DNA from: an uncultured Anaerolineales bacterium
GTDB lineage: Bacteria; Chloroflexota; Anaerolineae; UBA2200
Direction: 5' to 3'
DNA: 64,000 nucleotides
Assembly: GCA_964478075.1 (NCBI GenBank)
Contig: CAYZGO010000007.1
Span: 22,975 to 86,974, forward strand
Numbering within the stretch: position 1 is the first letter of the stretch; every line of letters begins with the position of its first letter. The notes under the pieces are model-generated. The model did not search any database and had not been told where the DNA came from. It saw only the letters and a program-made list of their open reading frames with translations. The position numbers and the translations under genes were made by a program. Shown one piece after another: positions 19,899 to 28,349 of the stretch.

Positions 19899-20495
19899 CT
19901 AGAGGGGAAGAGTGAGCTGCTGCGCTTCCGGTTTCGCTTCAGTCACTGTCCCATTGGGACGGATGTGAAACACACGGGCTCCGCGTTCCAGCAGAGTCGG
20001 TGTGATGAGCTTGGTGCGGTGACATTTGCGATAGTCACCCTCGCTGCACATCATGGCTACGCGCTCTGACTCGGCCAGTTTGAGGAGCCGTTCGATGCCA
20101 GTCTGATAGGCCGGAGTTTGCGCCAGGCGTTCATAGTTGGGATGCTCCTGACCTGCATCGTAGAGCGCAGGATCAGCAGGCCGCCCGCCGAGGGAATCAC
20201 CCGTGAAGACGTAGCGTATGCCAGCAGCCTCAAGGTCACGACGCAGGCTCTCGCGGTTGAACTGTGGTGCCCACTGACTATACGGCTGGCTGCGCACGTC
20301 CACGACGACGGTGATCCTCTGTCGGCGCAGCAGATCTAGGAAGGCTTCGATTGTGTGATCGCTGTGGCCGATGGAACATATCTGCACGCGGCCTATCGCT
20401 GACTCTTCTGTGATCACGTCCGTGCTCATCGCATTTCCAGCCTCTGGCGCACTCAGTCGTGAACGCATTCTAGCCTGAAAGCGTGCAACCTGCAA
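19899..20495 (-). CDS. DUF488 family protein (second paralog; N-terminal start uncertain)
   Basis: VQICSIGHSDHTIEAFLDLLRRQRITVVVDVRSQPYS...GIRYVFTGDSLGG matches the DUF488 core. A 10-nt gap separates it from the downstream paralog. Confidence 0.65.
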   Translation of the reverse strand: MQVARFQARMRSRLSAPEAGNAMSTDVITEESAIGRVQICSIGHSDHTIEAFLDLLRRQRITVVVDVRSQPYSQWAPQFNRESLRRDLEAAGIRYVFTGDSLGGRPADPALYDAGQEHPNYERLAQTPAYQTGIERLLKLAESERVAMMCSEGDYRKCHRTKLITPTLLERGARVFHIRPNGTVTEAKPEAQQLTLPL

Positions 20496-20639
20496 GTTAC
20501 CGACGTGGTAGCTTCCCTCTCTGGTGTTGGTGCCCTTTCTTCACCGCTGAGCACGCAGCCTCTTACGCTTGAAGCGAAAGAGACGCAGAGTGCGCAGAGG
20601 CTTTGTCCCAAAGGACTCAAGTCCGAAGGATTTCTCGAG

Positions 20640-20950
20640 TTCTCTCAGAGCGTGTCTGAAATTAGCCAGAGTGCCGACTACGGGATACCGCCAAGCATGA
20701 AAATGTCATTGCGAGGAGCGCTTTTTGCGACGAAGCAATCTCGTAGACGGGGGAGATTGCTCACCTGCACTTGCAGCGCAGGTGCAAGCGTCGCTCCGCT
20801 CGCCCTCTTTCTGGCGAGGCTGCGAAGCGTCCCCCGTCAAGCGGTCGCCCGCAGGGCATGCAGAGCACGAACGGCCGGCATCTCTTCGACGGGGCGGCGG
20901 TCTCTGCGGTGAAAGTGAACCGGCTTTCAATTCAACGCAATTGGGGAGAC
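20640..20950. repeat. Degenerate copy C of the structured repeat element, in reverse orientation
   Basis: TGTCATTGCGAGGAGCG...CGACGAAGCAATCTCGTAGACGGGGGAGATTGCT (about 20706-20765) is the reverse complement of the copy A/B core (GCGAAGCAATCT...AGATTGCTTCGTCGCT-CGCTCCTCGCAATGACA). Confidence 0.55.
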
Positions 20951-20966
20951 TGCCGCTGACCTGGAG

Positions 20967-20995
20967 TTGCTAATAGTGTGAATCTGTGTTATAAT
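20967..20995 (+). promoter_or_regulatory. Sigma70-like promoter TTGCTA-N17-TATAAT upstream of the DUF4013 gene
   Basis: TTGCTA at 20967-20972, 17-nt spacer, TATAAT at 20990-20995. GAGGAGGG RBS before the ATG at 21129. Confidence 0.5.
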
Positions 20996-21128
20996 AGCAC
21001 TGAGAAACGCAAAAAGAATCGTTGGTCTTGGACCCACGGAAAGGGGGGATGCAGGGACTCTAGCATTTGATATAGAAGTACTCATCTTTGGCCAGATACG
21101 CGAATTAATTCCTGAGGAGGGATACACA

Positions 21129-21785
21129 ATGGACTTTGGGAAAGCATTTACTTACCTTTTTGATGACGAGGAGTGGGTCACCAAGCTGCTTATTGGGGGC
21201 ATTGTGGCCTTTATCCCTATTGTCAACCTGGCCGTCATTGGCTACGCGGTTAAGGTGCTGAAGAACGTTGCAGATGGTGTGGAACGCCCCCTACCCGCGT
21301 GGAGTGATTTCGGGGATTTCTTTGTGAAGGGGCTCATAGGCTTCCTAGGAGCCCTGCTCTGGGCCCTCCCCATAATTGTCGTGAGCGGCCTGAGCATGAT
21401 GCTCAGCTTTGCACTATACGACACGAGCGCTGAATACGGCGGTCTGCTTGATGTCTGCCTTTGGGGGCTGAACTGTCTGTCGGGGCTTTATGGCTTGTTC
21501 CTGGCCATAGTGCTGCCTGCGGCCTTTGCCAACTATGCTATCAGCAACGAGTTTGGGGCCCTGTTCCGCTTCGGCCAGATAGTCAAGTACATCACATCCA
21601 ACCTGGGTAACTATGTCATCGCTATTCTGCTTGGCTGGGTTGCTCAATTCATTGCTGGTTTCGGTGTGATCTTGTGCCTCATTGGAGTGATCTTTACACA
21701 ATTCTGGGCCAGCCTCGTCAACGCCCACCTCTTGGGTCAAGTATGCCGTCTTAGTGAGATACCAAGCCCGGAGCCAGCAGCCTGA
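21129..21785 (+). CDS. DUF4013 family membrane protein
   Basis: MDFGKAFTYLFDDEEWVTKLLIGGIVAFIPIVNL... with 4-5 TM helices matches the DUF4013 N-terminal signature. Confidence 0.65.
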   Translation: MDFGKAFTYLFDDEEWVTKLLIGGIVAFIPIVNLAVIGYAVKVLKNVADGVERPLPAWSDFGDFFVKGLIGFLGALLWALPIIVVSGLSMMLSFALYDTSAEYGGLLDVCLWGLNCLSGLYGLFLAIVLPAAFANYAISNEFGALFRFGQIVKYITSNLGNYVIAILLGWVAQFIAGFGVILCLIGVIFTQFWASLVNAHLLGQVCRLSEIPSPEPAA

Positions 21786-21877
21786 ACGGTTCTGTGTGAC
21801 TTGACAGGAGACACGGCTCAGGCGAGGACGTCCGCGTCCTCGCCTGTGCCATTTCTAGTGGAGGAGCAAAAGCGACT

Positions 21878-22396
21878 ATGGTTGGCGGGCTACGCACAGT
21901 GGCGGAACTGATGTGCATCGCGGCGCGGACCGCGCCCAAGTCGGCGGGCCAGGACTTTGTAGTGACCAGGATCATTGAGGGAGAGGCCTGCCAAGAGCTT
22001 GGGGAGGCGATGATTCGCTTTGGGGAGCGAACAGGTAAGCGCAACTTTGATCGGGATGGGAACAATGTGAAGAATTCTCCCGTCGTCGTGCTCATTGGCA
22101 TCAAGGATGCCAGATCTCTGGGCCTCAATTGCAGCGCCTGTGGTTCGGAGACGTGCATCAAGCCCAACACTTTTGAGGGAGAATTCCTGGGCCCACAGTG
22201 CGCTTTCCGGCTGCTGGACATGGGCATTGCCCTGGGGTCGGCGGTCAAGACGGCGGGGCTGCTGAATGTGGATAATCGCATCATGTACCGCGCCGGTGTA
22301 GTGGCACGTGAGATGGGCCTCATTGACGCCGATTACGTGATGGGCATTCCCCTGTCCGTGACTGGCAAGAATATCTATTTTGACCGCAAAGCGTAA
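21878..22396 (+). CDS. Ferredoxin-domain-like uncharacterized protein (DUF2148-like)
   Basis: 172 aa with a Cys cluster CSACGSETC...C and the AARTAPKSAGQDF motif. The assignment is from memory of the family and is unverified. Confidence 0.45.
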   Translation: MVGGLRTVAELMCIAARTAPKSAGQDFVVTRIIEGEACQELGEAMIRFGERTGKRNFDRDGNNVKNSPVVVLIGIKDARSLGLNCSACGSETCIKPNTFEGEFLGPQCAFRLLDMGIALGSAVKTAGLLNVDNRIMYRAGVVAREMGLIDADYVMGIPLSVTGKNIYFDRKA

Positions 22397-22409
22397 ACGT
22401 CCAACGAAG

Positions 22410-22438
22410 ATTGACGAAACGTGGCAAATAGGCTATAC
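22410..22438 (+). promoter_or_regulatory. Putative promoter TTGACG-N17-TATACT for the tRNA pair
   Basis: TTGACGAAACGTGGCAAATAGGCTATACT about 10 nt upstream of tRNA-Pro. Confidence 0.45.
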
Positions 22439-22446
22439 TATCTTTA

Positions 22447-22521
22447 GCGGGGTGTGGCGCAGCCTGGTAGCGCGCAGCGTTTGGGACGCTGAAGTCGGAG
22501 GTTCAAGTCCTCTCACCCCGA
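22447..22521 (+). tRNA. tRNA-Pro (anticodon TGG)
   Basis: Cloverleaf folded by hand: acceptor CGGGGTG/CACCCCG, D-arm GCGC-AGCCTGGTA-GCGC, anticodon stem CAGCG/CGCTG with loop TTTGGGA, T-arm GGAGG-TTCAAGT-CCTCT. No encoded CCA. Confidence 0.8.
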
Positions 22522-22562
22522 CAGCAATAGCGGTCGAGCATTTGTGACCGCAGCCTGTGTTT

Positions 22563-22635
22563 GCGGGTGTAGCTCAGTTGGCAGAGCTCCTGCCTTCCAA
22601 GCAGGTTGTCACGGGTTCGAGTCCCGTCGCCCGCT
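22563..22635 (+). tRNA. tRNA-Gly (anticodon TCC)
   Basis: Acceptor GCGGGTG/CGCCCGC, D-arm GCTC-AGTTGGCA-GAGC, anticodon stem CCTGC/GCAGG with loop CTTCCAA, T-arm ACGGG-TTCGAGT-CCCGT. Confidence 0.8.
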
Positions 22636-22703
22636 CCTACTATGTGGAATACGCCTCCAGGCAAGATGCCAGAGCAGGTTGTGGTGGTGAACCCCCAACG
22701 TGC

Positions 22704-24860
22704 TCATGCCCCCTTTGCTCGGCCTCGCCGCAGAAGTTCGTCCGGCACATTCGCCAGGAAGCAGGAGGGCTGGCCCTGAGAGTAGCTCAGATAGAGCAGG
22801 TCTCGAGCACGGGTCATGGCCACGTACAAGCGTCTCCGTTCTCGATCCAGGTAGTCTTCCAGCTCCTCGTTCTGCAATGTAGGGTTATCCCTGGGCACAT
22901 ATAGGCCATCTGTTACACCAAGTACAAACACTACTGTGAATGTCAGCCCTTTTGCGCTGTCAAAGGTGCCATATTTAACAGCGCTCCCCCAATATGAGCT
23001 TGTCGCCTTCTGCAGATCGGACAACTCCACGTGGGGCGACAAGTAGAGTTTGATGAGGTCTGCATAGGGTCGCTGCCAGCGGTAGATGAGGGCAAAATCA
23101 GAATCTGCATACCCTCGCTCTTTCTTCAGGCGAGCGATTTCGCTCATAACCCAACATACTTCGGCGTATGGGGTAGCAAAGCCGTGCAGCCTTGGCACAT
23201 CACCACGCCGCTCGGAGAACTCTGGTTCGGGAGCTTCTCCGTCTGCATCGTCCATGTTGTCGAGACGCACACCCGCCACCATAGCATGCGCCGCGCGCAG
23301 GATTTCCCGCGTATTGCGAAAGCTCTGGGACAGCAGGGCGCCCCGCCCAATGATGTCAATACCCAGCGACTTTAGCGCATAGCCACCGGGATAGATACGC
23401 TGCAGCCCATCCCCGACGAGAAAAAGGTCGTTTGGCCCCGGGGGAACAATCCGACGGATCAGGTGCATGGCGGCCTGGGTCAAGTCTTGGATTTCATCCA
23501 CCACAGCAGCTACGTATGGTACTGGCAGCAGTTCAGGCCGGAACAACCGCAAGGTTTCCAGCACGAAATCGCCATAATCCCACAACCCCCGGCGTTTCAG
23601 ATCTGTCTGATACGCCTTGTACACCGCGTAGACAGCACGACGGTGCGCGTCCCGTAGGGGAGTGCCGCGGCCGCTGCGATCCAGAGCCAAGTACTCGTCT
23701 ATGGTCCGTACGTCTCGTCCCTTAATAGCGTAGCTGATCTCCGAGTAGAAGAACGACCATGGACGAGCCCAAAGGCTCAATCCGGGATAGTGTGGGACGA
23801 TCTGGAAGATCGCATGCTGCACAGCCTGCTGGACAGCCTCCTTGTCCACCACAGGATTCTTGCCTTGACTCACCAGGAAGCGATAGCACCACTGAGCCAC
23901 ACCACTACAATCCACAGCCTCGAGTTCAGGAGCCCCTTCGCCAGCCAGACCTTGCAGCTGATGCCAGGCGACGCCCGCCAGGCGATCGTCGTACGTCAGG
24001 AAAAGGACTTTGCCCCCCGTTTTCAGCGCCTGACGGGCCAGGTTGCGAGCACGGTGAATGGCTACCACGGTCTTGCCGGAACCCACGACCCCTTTCACAC
24101 GGGCTGGGCCGCTGTACGAGCGGGTGGCCAAGGCACGTTGGCGAGGGGTGAGAAAGAGCATCCACTCCTCCATGTTTCCGGCCAAGGCCCGCTGAAACTC
24201 GTCGCCATTGATGAACCGATGTAGATGATAGCCCCCTTGGTGGTGCTCCAGTCTCTGCTGCAGCTGTTTGTCCGGCACGGTCGGCTTTTCCACAACACTC
24301 AGCGCGATTTCCAGTAACTGACCGTACGCTTCGCCAGACAAGAGGCGTTTTACCCATGTTAGCTGCTTGGGATTATCCAGTAGACGCACATTGGGCAGCA
24401 CATACTCTGGTACACCGATGTCCAGCAACTGTTCATCACTATAGTCCGCGAAAAGCGTCCTCGGTTCCCCTTGCACGCCGCGAAGCCGACCGACCAGTCC
24501 GCGCTTCCCTTCCACGGGCTTGGCGCTCACGTGGAGCAGGTCCACCACTTTGACCATGCCGTCCTGAAGTCTGAAGCTCGTTCGCGCTGCGCGCCGGTAC
24601 GCCTCAACCTGCCGATCCACCAGGCACAGCACCATGTCGTAGGGCTCGATGTGCTTCCAGATCAGGCAGTAGGACTCATCCACACGACATGAATAGACTG
24701 CGCGCTCTGCTTGAGGCACCTTCTCGCAATGCAACCCATCAGCCCAGGGATTGTCGAGCATCTGTTCAACGGTGCGCACCAGACTCGTGGAGACAGCAGG
24801 CGGCAATTTGCCCAGGTCTCGCAAGGAATCACGGGTCATGGTCGGTTTCCAGGATTCCAT
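22704..24860 (-). CDS. SF1 (UvrD/PcrA-like) helicase with an N-terminal RelE/ParE-toxin-like domain
   Basis: 718 aa. The N-terminal region (about residues 15-90), LRDLGKLPP...AVYSCRVDESYCLIWKHIEPYDMVLCLVDRQVEAY, has the RelE/ParE pattern (yRvg-dYRiiY...v.vl.v.hR..vY). The helicase core has Walker A GVVGSGKT, DEIQD, VGDGLQRIY, LSQSFRNT, FDSAKGLTFTVVFVLG and LYVAMTRARDLLYL. Confidence 0.8.
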   Translation of the reverse strand: MESWKPTMTRDSLRDLGKLPPAVSTSLVRTVEQMLDNPWADGLHCEKVPQAERAVYSCRVDESYCLIWKHIEPYDMVLCLVDRQVEAYRRAARTSFRLQDGMVKVVDLLHVSAKPVEGKRGLVGRLRGVQGEPRTLFADYSDEQLLDIGVPEYVLPNVRLLDNPKQLTWVKRLLSGEAYGQLLEIALSVVEKPTVPDKQLQQRLEHHQGGYHLHRFINGDEFQRALAGNMEEWMLFLTPRQRALATRSYSGPARVKGVVGSGKTVVAIHRARNLARQALKTGGKVLFLTYDDRLAGVAWHQLQGLAGEGAPELEAVDCSGVAQWCYRFLVSQGKNPVVDKEAVQQAVQHAIFQIVPHYPGLSLWARPWSFFYSEISYAIKGRDVRTIDEYLALDRSGRGTPLRDAHRRAVYAVYKAYQTDLKRRGLWDYGDFVLETLRLFRPELLPVPYVAAVVDEIQDLTQAAMHLIRRIVPPGPNDLFLVGDGLQRIYPGGYALKSLGIDIIGRGALLSQSFRNTREILRAAHAMVAGVRLDNMDDADGEAPEPEFSERRGDVPRLHGFATPYAEVCWVMSEIARLKKERGYADSDFALIYRWQRPYADLIKLYLSPHVELSDLQKATSSYWGSAVKYGTFDSAKGLTFTVVFVLGVTDGLYVPRDNPTLQNEELEDYLDRERRRLYVAMTRARDLLYLSYSQGQPSCFLANVPDELLRRGRAKGA

Positions 24861-25234
24861 ACCGGCGATAGCCTCCTAGTGTAGCAGAAAACGTCCGCCG
24901 CGACTTGAGACACCCGTTCCATTTGACAATCCCGCAGCCAGTCGATGGCCCGACATCTCATGGGATCTGCGGGCTGCACATGATGCTATTATACTGTCCA
25001 GGACTCATCTGGGCAAATCCTCGCGTTCTGGTGATTACCTATATTCCGGTTTTGGGTCCGTCGAGCTTCAATGGGCATCTCTTTGCGGAGCCTTGTTCGC
25101 CTCAGTCAGAGGCCGAAGCCGCCGTTTCGCACTGAAAGGCGATGGCTTACCTAGATTGAGACTGGCGCCAGACTGTAAGAGTCGCTGGATCTGCAGCTCC
25201 GAAAAGATGTGGGTAATCACCGCACAACGGTCTC

Positions 25235-25262
25235 TTGACATTTGTGGTGAACTGGCTATAAT
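25235..25262 (+). promoter_or_regulatory. Consensus sigma70 promoter (TTGACA-N16-TATAAT) heading the glycan supercluster
   Basis: TTGACA at 25235-25240 and TATAAT at 25257-25262, about 80 nt upstream of the NusG-paralog ORF. Confidence 0.6.
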
Positions 25263-25340
25263 CGATCATACACGCGTTATCTATGCGGTTGCTGGGGACA
25301 CTTGGCCCAGTGCTAGCCACGCAGCTCTCACGGTGTACGG

Positions 25341-25970
25341 ATGATCCAGGCCATTTCAATCAGGAAAGCGGTGCTGCATGCTTGGGCGTGTCTCACTCAG
25401 CTCTTGGTCACGTCACACGTAGACTGGAGTGCGAAGGGACCAGGACGTCAGGAGAGGCGAGACGTGGAAGTCTGGTACGCACTGCATACCAAACCACGCA
25501 AAGAGTACCAGGTGCGTGATCTCCTGGAGAGCCGGGGAATGGAGACGTATCTGCCGGTGCTCAAGGTGACCTGTAAAGGACATCTGCGAAAGAGACGCGA
25601 AAAACCTTTCTTCGCTCGCTATCTCTTTGCGCGCATGGACCTCACCAGCGTGCCGCTCTCCTCCCTAAACTGGGCTCCCGGTGTGACCCGCGTGGTCAGT
25701 TTCGGTGGCCAGCCAGCCGTGGTGCAGGATGAGATACTGCAGTGGCTGAAAGACCGGCTGGCGCGGATAGACTCGAGAGATTACCACCAGGGGCTGCCCC
25801 TTCGGCGCGGTGACCGGCTGCGGGTGAAGACCGGGCCGCTGAAGGACATGGAGGTCATCTTCGAGCGGCCACTGTCTTCAGAAGATCGAGCGCAGGTGCT
25901 CATCGAAATGTTGGGTCGCCTCACCGCCTGCCAGATTGATCTACATTGCCTCGAACGGATGGAAAGATAG
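25341..25970 (+). CDS. NusG-paralog transcription antiterminator-like protein (UpxY/LoaP/TaA-type; NGN plus KOW domains). The start may be the GTG near 25453.
   Basis: NGN domain VEVWYALHTKPRKEYQVRDLLESRGMETYLPV...KPFFARYLFARMDL. KOW motif LRRGDRLRVKTGPLKDMEVIFER. It sits at the head of a co-directional polysaccharide cluster rather than in a secE-nusG-rplK context. Confidence 0.75.
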   Translation: MIQAISIRKAVLHAWACLTQLLVTSHVDWSAKGPGRQERRDVEVWYALHTKPRKEYQVRDLLESRGMETYLPVLKVTCKGHLRKRREKPFFARYLFARMDLTSVPLSSLNWAPGVTRVVSFGGQPAVVQDEILQWLKDRLARIDSRDYHQGLPLRRGDRLRVKTGPLKDMEVIFERPLSSEDRAQVLIEMLGRLTACQIDLHCLERMER

Positions 25971-26302
25971 CAGGCCGGGCTGCCACGCCCGGCTGTCCGG
26001 CGGCGTGCCCACTCCGCTTCACGCCGTGGATGCTGCGCGAGCAGCCGCCTCTGCTGACCTTTCGTAGAAGCTCGTGGGCAGTTGAAGGACGCTAACAGCC
26101 GCCCTCTCGCAGATGGGCGGACATACGGCGGGTTGCTTCGATTGGGTCTTTGTTGGGGGCAAACGTGACCCAATGGCGGAGCGTGCCTGACTATCGTTCT
26201 GGTGCCACCTGAGAGAAGGTACCGGAACGGCGGAGCCTGCCTGGGCAACGTGAAGCGTGAAACGTGATGAGGGGCGGGTAGCGAGTGGCGAGGCGGGAGG
26301 AA

Positions 26303-27067
26303 ATGACACAGCCGGTGGGCCGAATGCGGGCCCCCGGCGGCACGTGGGGCAACCTGCGGCTGTACATGGAACGGCAGGCCGCGAGCCCGGCGCGCTACCT
26401 CCTCGAGCAACTCCTGTTCGCCCTTGTGGGCTGGATCCCCACGGTGCTGGGCATCGGACTCAGGGCGCTTGTGTATCGGCTGATCCTCCACATGGACGGA
26501 CTGGCAGCTATCGAGAACGGCGTGCGGCTGCGCTTTTGCAGCCACATCCGTCTGGGCCGCGGCGTGTACATAGACAATGGCGTCTATCTACATGCCTGCC
26601 TGGGCGGCATCGAAATCGGTGAAGGCACCTTTGTGATGCATCACGCCGAGCTCCACGTGTACAATTTCCGCAGCATCCCCCATTCGCACATTCGAATAGG
26701 TCGCAACTGCTTGATCAGCGAGTACAACGTCCTGCGCGGGCAGGGCGGCATCACGATTGGCGACAATGTCTACACCGCCCCTCTGGTGCAGATGCTGGCC
26801 GTTGACCACGTTTATGACGACCCGACGCGGCCCATCATCGAACAGGGGATCACGGCGAACGGGATTGTGATTGAGGACAATGCCTGGATCGGGGCCGGGG
26901 CCATCATCCTCGACGGGGTGCGGGTAGGGAAAGGGGCCGTGGTAGGAGCGGGGGCGGTCGTGACTGAGGATGTGCCACCACACACGGTGGTGGCAGGAGT
27001 TCCAGCCGAGGTGGTGGAACAGATTGAGGGCGCCCCTACATCGGCACGAGGGACGGTGTACTTCTGA
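26303..27067 (+). CDS. Hexapeptide-repeat (left-handed beta-helix) acetyltransferase
   Basis: Repeated [LIV]GxxxxI hexapeptides ([43 protein letters not shown]). RBS GGGAGGAA before the ATG at 26303. Confidence 0.75.
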   Translation: MTQPVGRMRAPGGTWGNLRLYMERQAASPARYLLEQLLFALVGWIPTVLGIGLRALVYRLILHMDGLAAIENGVRLRFCSHIRLGRGVYIDNGVYLHACLGGIEIGEGTFVMHHAELHVYNFRSIPHSHIRIGRNCLISEYNVLRGQGGITIGDNVYTAPLVQMLAVDHVYDDPTRPIIEQGITANGIVIEDNAWIGAGAIILDGVRVGKGAVVGAGAVVTEDVPPHTVVAGVPAEVVEQIEGAPTSARGTVYF

Positions 27068-27140
27068 AGGCGAAGGATAGGCGGAGAACTATCGAGAACT
27101 GCTCAGGGAATTGCGCAACCCACGGGAGCTGTGAGCCAAC

Positions 27141-28349
27141 GTGAGCACGCTGTCAGTGGTGATCCCAGCCTACAATGAAGAAGACGGCATTGCCGCCATC
27201 ATAGAGCGCGTGCTGGCGGTGCGGGCGCGGCTGGCTGCGGTCGGTATGGACCTGGAACTGATCGTCGTGGACGATGGCTCCAGCGACCGCACAGTGGAGA
27301 TCGTGCGTCGCTACGACGGTGTCACCCTGGTGTGCCACGAGCGCAACGCTGGCTACGGCGCTGCCCTCAAGACCGGCTTCGCCTCGGCGCACGGCGAGTG
27401 GCTGGGCTTTCTCGATGCCGACGGCACTTATCCGCCGGAACATTTCCCTCAACTGTGCCAGACGGCATTGGAGCAGAGCGGCGATCTTGTGATCGGCTCG
27501 CGTCGCTCAGGTGCCCAGAGCGAGATGCCCCTGCTGCGGCGGATAGGCAATCTCTTGTGGTCTAATCTGGTCAGCCTGGTGGGCAACCATCGGGTCAGTG
27601 ACCCGGCCAGCGGGATGCGGGTCATCCGGCGGACCGCATTGCCCCTGCTCTATCCCCTGCCCGATGGGTTGAACTTTACGCCGGTGATGAGCACGCGGGC
27701 CATTCACGAAGGGCTGAAGATGGTCGAGGTGCCCATCCCCTATCACGAGCGGATGGGTCGTTCCAAGCTGAACGTGGTGAGTGACGGCACCCGCTTCCTG
27801 CAATCCATCGTCTGGACAGCCCTCACCTACAACCCAGTGCGAATCTTCGGCGGCCTGGGGGTGCTCGCGGTCGTGGCCGCGCTGCTGGTGGGGGCCACCA
27901 TGCTTCTCTTTGGAGTGCGCGGCGGCGCACAGCCCTGGCCGGCTTTCCGATTGTACGTGATCTTGGTGCTGGTGGTCGGTGGGGTCAACCTCTTCTCGGT
28001 GGGCACGCTGTTCAACTACCTGGTTTCCCTGTTCCACAAGAGGCCGGTCCGCCAGGGACTGCTGGGCAAACCGCTGTTCAAGACGCCTGTGGAGCGAAAC
28101 TTTATCTGGATGGGGCTGGCAGCGGGTGCCCTTGGCGGGTTGTTCGCCCTGGCAGCCATACGGGAGGGGCTTACGCTGCCCCCTTCGCCTGCCTACCCCT
28201 TCTACCTGTTGACCAGCGGCATGTTGCTCCTGACCGGCTTGCAGCTCATCCTCTCGTGGATCCTGGTGCTGGTTCTGGCTGAGCTGAGCGAGCGCGAAGT
28301 GCAGGTGCAGGACGACATGGAAGGTACGGTGAGGCAAGGCGAGGGATGA
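27141..28349 (+). CDS. GT2 polyprenyl-phosphate sugar synthase-like glycosyltransferase (GtrB/ArnC/DPM1-like) with C-terminal TM helices
   Basis: GTG start. VVIPAYNEEDGI...VVDDGSSDRT...DADGTYPPE (DXD), then four C-terminal TM segments. Confidence 0.75.
   Translation: MSTLSVVIPAYNEEDGIAAIIERVLAVRARLAAVGMDLELIVVDDGSSDRTVEIVRRYDGVTLVCHERNAGYGAALKTGFASAHGEWLGFLDADGTYPPEHFPQLCQTALEQSGDLVIGSRRSGAQSEMPLLRRIGNLLWSNLVSLVGNHRVSDPASGMRVIRRTALPLLYPLPDGLNFTPVMSTRAIHEGLKMVEVPIPYHERMGRSKLNVVSDGTRFLQSIVWTALTYNPVRIFGGLGVLAVVAALLVGATMLLFGVRGGAQPWPAFRLYVILVLVVGGVNLFSVGTLFNYLVSLFHKRPVRQGLLGKPLFKTPVERNFIWMGLAAGALGGLFALAAIREGLTLPPSPAYPFYLLTSGMLLLTGLQLILSWILVLVLAELSEREVQVQDDMEGTVRQGEG

Noticed and set aside
22397-22703. 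A classical tRNA-integrated genomic island with an integrase next to the tRNA-Pro/tRNA-Gly pair.
   Set aside because: No integrase, recombinase or direct repeat of the tRNA 3' end is visible within the window. Only the helicase gene abuts the tRNA, so an island is not supported beyond that single gene.
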